Shown in pieces: positions 36,674 through 49,625 of a stretch of DNA of 64,000 nt (positions are counted from its first letter, which is position 1; the number at the start of each line of letters is the position of its first letter). The position numbers and the translations under genes were made by a program. The notes under the pieces were generated by a model, which was given only the letters and a program-made list of their open reading frames with translations, searched no databases and had not been told where the DNA came from. The stretch is from Macrostomum hystrix (Eukaryota; Animalia; Platyhelminthes): the NCBI GenBank assembly GCA_950097015.1, contig CATNEN010000024.1, positions 6,448,001-6,512,000 of the forward strand. Direction: 5' to 3'.

Positions 36674-37490
36674 AAGTTGATGTAGGGTTGTTTTAATCAT
36701 ATTGCAGGCTTACATCTTTGACAAAAAGTGTCACAAAGTATTTTAATTAAAATTTCTTATTTACATAAATTTGATTGTGACAGCACCAAAGTTTTGTAGC
36801 ACTTTTGTACTTACTATTCAAACCTCACTGAAGTTCCCCAAATTGTTAAATTATCTAGGTAGAATTTATTTATGGTATGTTTTTTCTCTTCTAGTCTGTA
36901 TCTTTGTTGTTAATATCTAATATGTACCTTTTACAGACTCTTGAACATTCTCAGATGGTGTTATAAATATTCTCAGATTCACATATTATCCAGTCTCCAA
37001 GAACTTCTTAAAAACAAATATTTCTAAATTTAAGTCCCCATATGGTTAAGTCTAAAAATATCAAATGTACAAGTATCACATTCCTATTTTTCTATTTGTC
37101 AAGCTTATTCTTTTGTTTACTTTTTTATATATTATTTATACGCATTTATTTGTGGCTTAAAACAAAATGTCTATTGGTAAACAAAGTTTTGGAACAAAGT
37201 TTAGAAAAAATGAACAGTGCTATATAGTATTTCCTTACTTAAAAAATAGTGTGGGCATAAGAATCACTTTATCATTTATATGTAATTACTTGTACATGCA
37301 CATCATATAGATACCGAACCAAAAAATACATTAACTTCTTTAAAGAGTTCTTAAAATGGGTAAGAATCCTATGAGCTAATTTTTTAACTTGCCAATTTTC
37401 AATTTTTTATGTATACTTGTATTACCGAAGATAAACATATCTGCCCTCTCCAGAACTCAAGTGACAACTGACTATTAAAACTCTGAGAAA

Positions 37491-40400
37491 ATGGATTCTT
37501 CAGGTGTGCCAAAAATGGAAGAAACAGAGAGTCTTCTTCCATCTTCCAACGATCTTCCAACGATCCAACGATCCAACCATCTTCCACCACAGGAGCAGCA
37601 ACAGCTCATGAGGGTCGCCATATTTGTCTGGTTCAATCATAATCTTTGTGAGAGAGCAGCTGAACGACTGAGTTCTGTACGCATGGCTTGGTTGAACCTG
37701 CTCACGAATTCCGCATTCAATGGGTACCCAAACACTGTACTGCCAGAGCCTGCAGCCAGGTATTATAATGATTTGGCTCCGCACCAGCCTGACATGCTTG
37801 CTCGGCTCAATCTATTCGAATGCCTGGTGATTGATTCTATGCTCACCTGGTCCGACCTGCTGCCCGATGATATGGGCGACATGTGAGTTCTGGAGCCTGA
37901 CTTCTCATGGCTCTGTTGGCCGTACAAAGATACTTATTGCTCTAGCTCTTTAGGATCTAGAGACTAATCGCCTTGGCCCTCTAATAATAAATAATAAGAA
38001 TAATTGCAGGAGGGCTGCGGGCAATGGTAATTCATTTTGTGACAGTAGACCTGCAGCCAGCGATGAGGCACTTTGCTCATTTCGCTGACTCCTGAGCCCA
38101 CATTCTCACACAGGTGTGTACATCTGCCCTGACTTTCTCATCGTCAGGCAGTGTACACTCTCACTGTGCCTTGGAGGTTGGCCCTCAAGGCCGTAAATTA
38201 TACGACAAGCCCCCAAGCCTTCTCTCCGCGGCTGCGCCCCAAATAAATGTGGCCTCGCCGCGGAGTCGAGCTCAGGGACCTCAGTGCGAGATGCAAACGC
38301 GTTAACCGCTTTGCCTCTCACCCTGCTATAACCCTCTAGGATCTAGAGACTCGTTGCGCTGGCCCTGTAAGATCTAGAGACTAAAGAAGACTCATCGCTC
38401 TAGCTCTTTAGGATCTAATGACTCATCGCTCTCGCCCTCCCTCGGCTGTCTTTATGAATCCAGATCTAGAGACTGTCCTTAAGAATCATTCCAGATCTAG
38501 AGACTGCCTTCCAGATCTAGAGACGACCTTCCAGATCTAGAGACGACCTTCCAGATCTTAAGACTGCCTTCCAGATCTAGAGACGGCCTTCCAGATCTTA
38601 AGACTGCCTTCCAGATCTAGAGACGGCCTTCCAGATCTTAAGACTGCCTTCCAGATCTAGAGACGGCCTTCCAGATCTAGAGACGGCCTTCCAGATCTAG
38701 AGACTGGCCCTCAAGATAAAGATCATGTCCAGCTTGGGCCCATGCGGCCTGGACTGTCAATTATCAAATATATTTAACAAACGCTGCTCCCATTCAGGCT
38801 GTGCGAGCTGAGAGCAGCCGTAAACAATCTGGTGACTGGCACTACAATCGACCTTCCGGCTGGCTACTCTGACAGTTACTCGAGGTATTTGAATCTTCGG
38901 CAAAGCGCCGCTCGCCTCACATTCGACAGCCTTGGCCTAGAGGAGCCCCAGTGGCGTCGCACCCTGGGCAGTATTCGGCACTCCGTGGAATTCGTTGATA
39001 AACTGTACATGCTAGATCGCTATCAGGATCATTGGCGTGCCAATCCGACCATTGCCGACATCCGCATTCGAGGCCACTCGAGACTGTTCATTGTGGCCCA
39101 ACTCGTGCCATCAGAGCTGCAGAATGTGAGCTTGCTTCATTGTGCAACTGGACTTGCTGGCTTTCACTGACTTGCTCATTCCTCTGCAATCTCAGCTCAC
39201 ATGATCCCTTACATTCACATAATCACAGACATTCACATGATCCTGACATTCACATGATCCTGACATTCACATGATCCTGACATTCACATGATCCTGACAT
39301 TCACATGATCCCTGACATCCACATGATCCCTGACATTCACTTGATCCCTGACATTCACATGATCCCTGACATTCACATGATCCCTGACATCCACATGATC
39401 CCTGACATTCACTTGATCCCTGGCATTCACATGATCCTGACATTCACATGATCCTGACATTCACATGATCCTGACATTCACATGATCCTGACATTCACAT
39501 GATCCCTGACATCCACATGATCCCTGACATTCACTTGATCCCTGACATTCACATGATCCCTGACATTCACATGATCCCTGACATCCACATGATCCCTGAC
39601 ATTCACTTGATCCTGACATTCACTTGATCCTGACATTCACATGATCCCTGGCATTCACATGATCCCTGGCATTCACTTGATCCCTGGCATCCTTGACCGT
39701 GTTTTTAAGACGCAAATGATGTATTTTTTGTTCAAATATAACTCTCTCCTCTAAATTTACAGCGACCCGATTCGCTCCGCTACGTCCTGACCCGCCTGGA
39801 CAAAATGGAAATCGGCACCCTCATTCACCTGGGCCTGCTCTGCCAGCTGCCATTCCTAGGCTTCCTGCTCTATTACACTCTGAGACTGTCGCAGCGTCGG
39901 GGGCTGCCATTGCAGCAGCAGCAGCCGAGTTCCGCTTCCTCTTGGGCACTGTTGTCCACTTTGCGCAGTCTCACCTGTTCCGTGCTCAACTTCTGCAGGC
40001 CGGGTAGCAACTGGCAGTGGACCAGAGTCTCCATGATGCCCAGGCGCGCCGTCCTGACTGTGGACTCCATGCCGGGCCTGGCGCCCACAGCTCGCTGCTG
40101 CGAATTCTGCTCCTTCACAGGTGTGACAGCCCTGCAGCTGCTGTCCTGCTGCAATGTGTGGCCAACGGCATTCGCTGCCAGTGGTTCGGATAGGAGAAAA
40201 ATGTTTAATAGCGCCACGGATGACCAGCTGCTCGATGTGTTTCGTCAGCAACTGTCGGCTGTGAGTGTGCCTTGTAATCCCGCTTTAATGGATTATCCCT
40301 TCCGTCTCTTCTTTTTAATAGCAATATTGCGTCTAGATGCACTCTTACATTGCATCATTCACATCTAAATCTGCTACTAATTAGATGACGACTCATTTTA

Positions 40401-41327
40401 CATTGAGAAATTCATATATATTTACGCCCGCTGTTTACCCACTTGATTATCGCAGTTGACAGGTTTATCCCTCCGTTAGATTCTCCCAGTTTACAAATTG
40501 ATCCCCTCCGTCACATTCTCCCAGTCAATACATTTATCCCCTCCGTCACATTCTCCCAGTCAATACATTTATCCCCTCCGTCAGATTCTCCCAGCCAATA
40601 CATTTATCCCCTCCGTCAGATTCTCCCAGCCAATACATTTATCGCCTCCGTCAGATTCTCCCAGCCAATACATTTATCCCCTCCGTCAGATTCTCCCAGT
40701 CAATACATTTATCCCCTCCGTCAGATTCTCCCAGCCAATACATTTATCCCCTCCGTCAGATTCTCCCAGTCAATACATTTATCCCCTCCGTCAGATTCTC
40801 CCAGTCAATACATTTATCCCCTCCGTCAGATTCTCCCAGCCAATACATTTATCCCCTCCGTCAGATTCTCCCAGGCAATACATTTATCCCCTCCGTCAGA
40901 TTCTCCCAGTTTACAAATTGATCCCCTTCGTCAGATTCTCCCAGTCAATACATTTATCCCCTCCGTCTCGTTCTCCCAGCGCTCCGTTGGTGCCATCATC
41001 GTATTCGTTGACGCTGGTCTTCAGGAGCTTCTGACAGACGGCACAGATGAGTTTGTCAGCAAGGCCATCGGGCTGGTCTCCAGCCTCGCAGCCGAGCGCA
41101 GCCTGCTAGTGCTGTGGTGCCTGGAGTCGGCCAGCCCGGACCGGTTTCTGGCTAGCCAGCCTGGCGCAGACAGGCGCCGATTGTTCCGCTTCGGCCGGAG
41201 CGGCAAGCCAGACTGGCGAGTGTGGCGCGAACTCTTGCAACAGCTGAACAGCCTGGCCTACAATGCAGCTGGCCCGGCCCTGCCTACACTGCCTGATGCT
41301 GTCGCTGATGCCATTGCTGCTGTTTAG
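37491..41327 (+). CDS. Orphan single-pass membrane protein (521 aa), possible SEFIR/TIR-like C-terminal domain; exons 37491-37882, 38798-39125, 39763-40260, 40980-41327
   Basis: Three GT-AG junctions (all gtgag donors) join four GC-rich segments into one open frame. In-frame stop upstream of the ATG. TM-like segment IGTLIHLGLLCQLPFLGFLLYYTL followed by RLSQRR. The domain call is a tentative by-eye similarity. Confidence 0.75.
38205..38322 (-). mobile_element. tRNA-derived SINE-like copy (family A), in intron 1 of the orphan TM gene
   Basis: Homologous to 29409-29512. Minus strand reads GGTGAGAGGCAAAGCGGTTAACGCGTTTGC...CTGAGCTCGACTCCGCGGCGAGGCCA. Confidence 0.6.
38500..38705. repeat. 20-bp tandem repeat, orphan gene intron 1
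   Basis: Unit ccagatctagagac(t/g)gcctt. Confidence 0.93.
39215..39695. repeat. 17/18-bp minisatellite, orphan gene intron 2
   Basis: Unit atcc(c)tgacattcacatg. Confidence 0.95.
40460..40979. repeat. 35-bp minisatellite ending at the 3' splice site, orphan gene intron 3
   Basis: Unit tcagattctcccagccaatacatttatcccctccg. Confidence 0.95.
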
Positions 41328-41384
41328 GCTACAAACTTTTTTCATTGTGTCCTTGATTTACTACTCTCCTTTTCTTTATTGAAT

Positions 41385-44300
41385 TCGTCTCCTACAATCT
41401 GTCGCCTACCAATTGTCTCCTACCAATTGTCTCCTACCAATTGTCTCCTACCAATTGTCTCCTACCAATTGTCTCCTACCAATTGTCTCCTACCAATTGT
41501 CTCCTACAATCTGTCTCCTACCAATTGTCTCCTACCAATTGTCTCCTACAATCTGTCTCCTACCAATTGTCTCCTACAATCTGTCTCCTACAATCTGTAT
41601 CCTACAATCTGTATCCTACAATCTGTATCCTACCAATTGTCTCCTACAATCTGTATCCTACCAATTGTCTCCTACAATCTGTCTCCTACAATCTGTATCC
41701 TACAATCTGTATCCTACAATCTGTATCCTACCAATTGTCTCCTACAATCTGTATCCTACCAATTGTCTCCTACCAATTGTCTCCTACCAATTGTCTCCTA
41801 CCAATTGTCTCCTACCAATTGTCTCCTACCAATTGTCTCCTACAATCTGTCTCCTACCAATTGTCTCCTACCAATTGTCTCCTACAATCTGTCTCCTACC
41901 AATTGTCTCCTACAATCTGTCTCCTACAATCTGTATCCTACAATCTGTATCCTACAATCTGTATCCTACCAATTGTCTCCTACAATCTGTCTCATACAAT
42001 CTGTCTCCTACAATCTGTCTCCTACAATCTGTCTCATACAATCTGTATCCTACCAATTGTCTCCTACAATCTGTCTCATACAATCTGTCTCATACAATCT
42101 GTCTCCTACAATCTGTATCCTACAATCTGTATCCTACCAATTGTCTCCTACAATCTGTATCCTACCAATTGTCTCCTACAATCTGTATCCTACAATCTGT
42201 ATCCTACCAATTGTCTCCTACAATCTGTATCCTACAATCTGTATCCTACCAATTGTCTCCTACAATCTGTCTCATACAATCTGTCTCCTACAATCTGTAT
42301 CCTACAATCTGTATCCTACCAATTGTCTCCTACAATCTGTATCCTACAATCTGTATCCTACCAATTGTCTCCTACAATCTGTATCCTACCAATTGTCTCC
42401 TACAATCTGTATCCTACAATCTGTATCCTACCAATTGTCTCCTACAATCTGTATCCTACAATCTGTGTCCTACCAATTGTCTCCTACAATCTGTCTCATA
42501 CAATCTGTCTCCTACAATCTGTATCCTACAATCTGTATCCTACCAATTGTCTCCTACAATCTGTCTCATACAATCTGTCTCCTACAATCTGTCTCATACA
42601 ATCTGTATCCTACCAATTGTCTCCTACAATCTGTATCCTACCAATTGTCTCCTACAATCTGTATCCTACAATCTGTATCCTACCAATTGTCTCCTACAAT
42701 CTGTCTCATACAATCTGTCTCCTACAATCTGTCTCCTACAATCTGTCTCATACAATCTGTATCCTACCAATTGTCTCCTACAATCTGTCTCATACAATCT
42801 GTCTCATACAATCTGTCTCCTACAATCTGTATCCTACAATCTGTATCCTACCAATTGTCTCCTACAATCTGTATCCTACCAATTGTCTCCTACAATCTGT
42901 ATCCTACAATCTGTATCCTACCAATTGTCTCCTACAATCTGTATCCTACCAATTGTCTCCTACAATCTGTCTCCTACAATCTGTATCCTACCAATTGTCT
43001 CCTACAATCTGTCTCATACAATCTGTCTCCTACAATCTGTATCCTACCAATTGTCTCCTACCAATTGTCTCCTACAATCTGTATCCTACCAATTGTCTCC
43101 TACAATCTGTATCCTACCAATTGTCTCCTACAATCTGTATCCTACCAATTGTCTCCTACAATCTGTATCCTACCAATTGTCTCCTACAATCTGTATCCTA
43201 CCAATTGTCTCCTACAATCTGTATCCTACCAATTGTCTCCTACAATCTGTATCCTACCAATTGTCTCCTACAATCTGTATCCTACCAATTGTCTCCTACA
43301 ATCTGTATCCTACAATCTGTCTCCTACAATCTGTCTCCTACAATCTGTCTCCTACAATCTGTCTCCTACAATCTGTCTCCTACAATCTGTATCCTACCAA
43401 TTGTCTCCTACAATCTGTATCCTACCAATTGTCTCCTACAATCTGTATCCTACCAATTGTCTCCTACAATCTGTATCCTACCAATTGTCTCCTACAATCT
43501 GTATCCTACCAATTGTCTCCTACAATCTGTATCCTACCAATTGTCTCCTACAATCTGTATCCTACCAATTGTATCCTACAATCTGTATCCTACCAATTGT
43601 CTCCTACAATCTGTATCCTACCAATTGTCTCCTACAATCTGTATCCTACCAATTGTCTCCTACAATCTGTATCCTACCAATTGTCTCCTACAATCTGTAT
43701 CCTACCAATTGTCTCCTACAATCTGTATCCTACCAATTGTCTCCTACAATCTGTATCCTACCAATTGTCTCCTACAATCTGTATCCTACCAATTGTCTCC
43801 TACAATCTGTATCCTACCAATTGTATCCTACAATCTGTATCCTACCAATTGTCTCCTACAATCTGTATCCTACCAATTGTCTCCTACAATCTGTATCCTA
43901 CCAATTGTCTCCTACAATCTGTATCCTACCAATTGTATCCTACAATCTGTATCCTACCAATTGTATCCTACAATCTGTATCCTACCAATTGTCTCCTACA
44001 ATCTGTATCCTACCAATTGTCTCCTACAATCTGTATCCTACCAATTGTATCCTACAATCTGTATCCTACCAATTGTATCCTACAATCTGTATCCTACCAA
44101 TTGTCTCCTACAATCTGTATCCTACCAATTGTATCCTACCAATTGTCTCCTACAATCTGTATCCTACCAATTGTCTCCTACAATCTGTATCCTACCAATT
44201 GTATCCTACAATCTGTATCCTACCAATTGTCTCCTACAATCTGTATCCTACAATCTGTATCCTACCAATTGTCTCCTACAATCTGTATCCTACCAATTGT

Positions 44301-44575
44301 CTCCTACAATCTGTATCCTACCAATTGTCTCCTACAATCTGTATCCTACAATCTGTATCCTACCAATTGTCTCCTACAATCTGTATCCTACCAATTGTCT
44401 CCTACAATCTGTATCCTACCAATTGTATCCTACAATCTGTATCCTACCAATTGTATCCTACAATCTGTATCCTACCAATTGTATCCTACAATCTGTATCC
44501 TACCAATTGTCTCCTACAATCTGTATCCTACCAATTGTCTCCTACAATCTGTATCCTACCAATTGTCTCCTACCC
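41385..44575. repeat. 14-bp satellite (about 3.2 kb) built from two related monomers
   Basis: Monomers tctcctaccaattg and t(a/c)tcctacaatctg. Confidence 0.97.
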
Positions 44576-45399
44576 CCTGTCTCCCAATGTCTATGTCCTC
44601 TCCTCCCTGAGTCTACTGCCCTCATGTTGTCTCCTCTTTATTTCTCCAATTACGCAGCCAATCGTATTTCTGAACCAATCATAAAGAGTCGATGTTTGTA
44701 AAAAAAGTTTTATTGACTTCGATAATCACGACTTGTAAATAATTTCTTTTCTGTTTTGATCGCAGCGCCCCTAGAAACAATCGATAAAGCACAGGTTTTT
44801 TATTTATAAAATGCGTTCTTCCGAATTTTTGTTTTTCTTTTTTTTATTAGAACAAATAATCACTTGTCACTTCCTAATACAAACACTGTAAACAAGACAC
44901 GAAACAAACAACACAAAGTTGTGGATGCATCATTTGCACTATCAATCAATAGATAACAATTTTCATTCGTTTAGAACACTGCTGACAAGTTCATATCTTG
45001 TTGATTCAATATTTATTATATTGTTAGTGGATATTAAAGCAACATTGTTTTCCTGATATTTTACAGATCTGTATTCGCATTCACATTCTAACAAGCAGCT
45101 ATGACAAATGTATCAAGTGTCAAAGTAAATTCCATGTGTTAGTTAAAAAATCTTTTTTTATTTTCTAGTTATTTTTACTTTCTTTAAAGATTTCTGCTCG
45201 AATGGCATCTAGGCGAAACACCCCATCTAGAATTTACATCCCTAATCTCCCCTCCCACCTCCCACCCACTTGTTAGCGTCTAGAATCCCATTCCTTAATC
45301 TATCCTATCTTCTCTTGTTAGCCTCTAGAATCCCATTCCTTAGTCCATCCTATCTTCTCTTGTATTGTATTATATATTGTATTGTATTGTATTGATAAT

Positions 45400-48300
45400 T
45401 TATTGTATCTGTCTTGTCAGTCTCTAGAAGTCCATCTTTAATCCATTGTATCTGTCTTGTCAGTCTCTAGAACCCCATCTTTAATCCATTGTATCTGTCT
45501 TGTCAGTCTCTAGAACCCCATCTTTAATCCATTGTATCTGTCTTGTCAGTCTCTAGAACCCCATCTTTAATCCATTGTATCTGTCTTGTCAGTCTCTAGA
45601 ACTCCATCTTTAATCCATTGTATCTGTCTTGTCAGTCTCTAGAACCCCATCTTTAATACATTGTATCTGTCTTGTCAGTCTCTAGAACTCCATCTTTAAT
45701 CCATTGTATCTGTCTTGTCAGTCTCTAGAACCCCATCTTTAATCCATTGTATCTGTCTTGTCAGTCTCTAGAACCCCATCTTTAATCCATTGTATCTGTC
45801 TTGTCAGTCTCTAGAACTCCATCTTTAATCCATTGTATCTGTCTTGTCAGTCTCTAGAACCCCATCTTTAATCCATTGTATCTGTCTTGTCAGTCTCTAG
45901 AACTCCATCTTTAATCCATTGTATCTGTCTTGTCAGTCTCTAGAACTCCATCTTTAATCCATTGTATCTGTCTTGTCAGTCTCTAGAACTCCATCTTTAA
46001 TCCATTGTATCTGTCTTGTCAGTCTCTAGAACCCCATCTTTAATCCATTGTATCTGTCTTGTCAGTCTCTAGAACCCCATCTTTAATCCATTGTATCTGT
46101 CTTGTCAGTCTCTAGAAGTCCATCTTTAATCCATTGTATCTGTCTTGTCAGTCTCTAGAACCCCATCTTTAATCCATTGTATCTGTCTTGTCAGTCTCTA
46201 GAACTCCATCTTTAATCCATTGTATCTGTCTTGTCAGTCTCTAGAACTCCATCTTTAATCCATTGTATCTGTCTTGTCAGTCTCTAGAACTCCATCTTTA
46301 ATCCATTGTATCTGTCTTGTCAGTCTCTAGAACCCCATCTTTAATCCATTGTATCTGTCTTGTCAGTCTCTAGAACTCCATCTTTAATCCATTGTATCTG
46401 TCTTGTCAGTCTCTAGAACCCCATCTTTAATCCATTGTATCTGTCTTGTCAGTCTCTAGAACCCCATCTTTAATCCATTGTATCTGTCTTGTCAGTCTCT
46501 AGAACTCCATCTTTAATCCATTGTATCTGTCTTGTCAGTCTCTAGAACTCCATCTTTAATCCATTGTATCTGTCTTGTCAGTCTCTAGAACTCCATCTTT
46601 AATCCATTGTATCTGTCTTGTCAGTCTCTAGAACCCCATCTTTAATCCATTGTATCTGTCTTGTCAGTCTCTAGAACCCCATCTTTAATCCATTGTATCT
46701 GTCTTGTCAGTCTCTAGAACTCCATCTTTAATCCATTGTATCTGTCTTGTCAGTCTCTAGAACTCCATCTTTAATCCATTGTATCTGTCTTGTCAGTCTC
46801 TAGAACCCCATCTTTAATCCATTGTATCTGTCTTGTCAGTCTCTAGAACCCCATCTTTAATCCATTGTATCTGTCTTGTCAGTCTCTAGAACCCCATCTT
46901 TAATCCATTGTATCTGTCTTGTCAGTCTCTAGAACCCCATCTTTAATCCATTGTATCTGTCTTGTCAGTCTCTAGAACTCCATCTTTAATCCATTGTATC
47001 TGTCTTGTCAGTCTCTAGAACTCCATCTTTAATCCATTGTATCTGTCTTGTCAGTCTCTAGAACTCCATCTTTAATCCATTGTATCTGTCTTGTCAGTCT
47101 CTAGAACTCCATCTTTAATCCATTGTATCTGTCTTGTCAGTCTCTAGAACTCCATCTTTAATCCATTGTATCTGTCTTGTCAGTCTCTAGAACTCCATCT
47201 TTAATCCATTGTATCTGTCTTGTCAGTCTCTAGAACTCCATCTTTAATCCATTGTATCTGTCTTGTCAGTCTCTAGAACTCCATCTTTAATCCATTGTAT
47301 CTGTCTTGTCAGTCTCTAGAACTCCATCTTTAATCCATTGTATCTGTCTTGTCAGTCTCTAGAACTCCATCTTTAATCCATTGTATCTGTCTTGTCAGTC
47401 TCTAGAATTCCATCTTTAATCCATTGTATCTGTCTTGTCAGTCTCTAGAACTCCATCTTTAATCCATTGTATCTGTCTTGTCAGTCTCTAGAATTCCATC
47501 TTTAATCCATTGTATCTGTCTTGTCAGTCTCTAGAACCCCATCTTTAATCCATTGTATCTGTCTTGTCAGTCTCTAGAAGTCCATCTTTAATCCATTGTA
47601 TCTGTCTTGTCAGTCTCTAGAAGTCCATCTTTAATCCATTGTATCTGTCTTGTCAGTCTCTAGAAGTCCATCTTTAATCCATTGTATCTGTCTTGTCAGT
47701 CTCTAGAACTCCATCTTTAATCCATTGTATCTGTCTTGTCAGTCTCTAGAACTCCATCTTTAATCCATTGTATCTGTCTTGTCAGTCTCTAGAACCCCAT
47801 CTTTAATCCATTGTATCTGTCTTGTCAGTCTCTAGAACCCCATCTTTAATCCATTGTATCTGTCTTGTCAGTCTCTAGAACCCCATCTTTAATCCATTGT
47901 ATCTGTCTTGTCAGTCTCTAGAACTCCATCTTTAATCCATTGTATCTGTCTTGTCAGTCTCTAGAACCCCATCTTTAATCCATTGTATCTGTCTTGTCAG
48001 TCTCTAGAACTCCATCTTTAATCCATTGTATCTGTCTTGTCAGTCTCTAGAACCCCATCTTTAATCCATTGTATCTGTCTTGTCAGTCTCTAGAACCCCA
48101 TCTTTAATCCATTGTATCTGTCTTGTCAGTCTCTAGAACCCCATCTTTAATCCATTGTATCTGTCTTGTCAGTCTCTAGAACCCCATCCTTAATCCATTG
48201 TATCTGTCTTGTCAGTCTCTAGAACCCCATCTTTAATCCATTGTATCTGTCTTGTCAGTCTCTAGAACCCCATCTTTAATCCATTGTATCTGTCTTGTCA

Positions 48301-48598
48301 GTCTCTAGAACCCCATCTTTAATCCATTGTATCTGTCTTGTCAGTCTCTAGAACTCCATCTTTAATCCATTGTATCTGTCTTGTCAGTCTCTAGAACTCC
48401 ATCTTTAATCCATTGTATCTGTCTTGTCAGTCTCTAGAACCCCATCTTTAATCCATTGTATCTGTCTTGTCAGTCTCTAGAACCCCATCTTTAATCCATT
48501 GTATCTGTCTTGTCAGTCTCTAGAAGTCCATCCTTAATCCATTGTATCTGTCTTGTCAGTCTCTAGAACCCCATCCTTAATCCATTGTATCTGTCTTG
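45400..48598. repeat. 43-bp satellite, about 74 copies
   Basis: Unit tgtcttgtcagtctctagaa(c/g/t)(c/t)ccatctttaatccattgtatc. Confidence 0.98.
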
Positions 48599-49239
48599 AA
48601 ACTCTAGAATTCTAGAATTTAAAAAGTTCTAAATTATGCACATTTTTGGTTGAGTGTTAGTAGTTCGTACAATTAAAGTATGTGTTAACGTTGTATTCTA
48701 TTTAGGCGGGTCACCCAGGTTAAACAAAAACTTCTTTGTATAGCTAATTTGAAATCTCTTTGTCCATAAACGATAGATTTCTTCTGAAAGATTGTGTCTT
48801 AGTCATGCTGTTTTGCAAGCTAAACACCGTGTCAGTGTACGCGGATAACGCTGTCTCTCTCTATCCTTGTCTCTCATAATTCTATTTTATTATGTCAAAA
48901 ATAATTCATAATTCAGTTTAATTCGTTTGTTAGTCTGCCTCAATGCGCATTTCTAACTGGCTATAGCTTGCAAATCTCTCTCTCTCTCTGGCCAGGCTGA
49001 GCGGTGGCCACTTGATATTTATCACATATAAGCTACAGTTCTTTTTCTGACGATATTAATGTCCAAAATTAGAAAATATTTTCACGACTTAGACAAAAAA
49101 TTTAGAATAAGACTCAAAATACTTGTTACTACACTACTTTTGAAGTATTAAGTAGGCACTAGAGCGTTTTCGTCGCTTTTTAAAGTAACTAGATAGGTTA
49201 TGATATCTGTGCTGAATTCTCTCTCGCCTTCATAGTGTC

Positions 49240-49578
49240 AGCTTCCCAGTTTCCCATAGATTCTCAGCTTTCCAACTTCACATCGATTCTCGGCTTCCCA
49301 GTTTCCCATAGATTCTCAGCTTTCCAACTTCACATCGATTCTCGGCTTCCCAGTTTTCCATAGATTCTCAGCTTTCCAACTTCACATCGATTCTCGGCTT
49401 CCCAGTTTCCCATAGATTCTCAGCTTTCCAACTTCACATCGATTCTCGGCTTCCCAGTTTTCCATAGATTCTCAGCTTTCCAACATCACATCGATTCTCG
49501 GCTTCCCAGTTTCCCATAGATTCTCAGCTTTCCAACTTCACATCGATTCTCGGCATCCCAGTTTCCCATAGATTCTCA
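49240..49578. repeat. 52-bp (2 x about 26) tandem repeat upstream of ZFYVE28
   Basis: Unit ttcccagtttcccatagattctcagctttccaacttcacatcgattctcggc, about 6 copies. Confidence 0.93.
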
Positions 49579-49625
49579 TGTGAGCAGTACTCACTGTTTC
49601 AGCCAGTTACTCAGATCGCATCGCA

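Noticed and set aside
41379-44701. Three ORFs over 1000 aa in all + frames
   Set aside because: The 14-bp monomers simply lack stop triplets on this strand. The same peptide appears in all three frames, so this is a satellite artefact.
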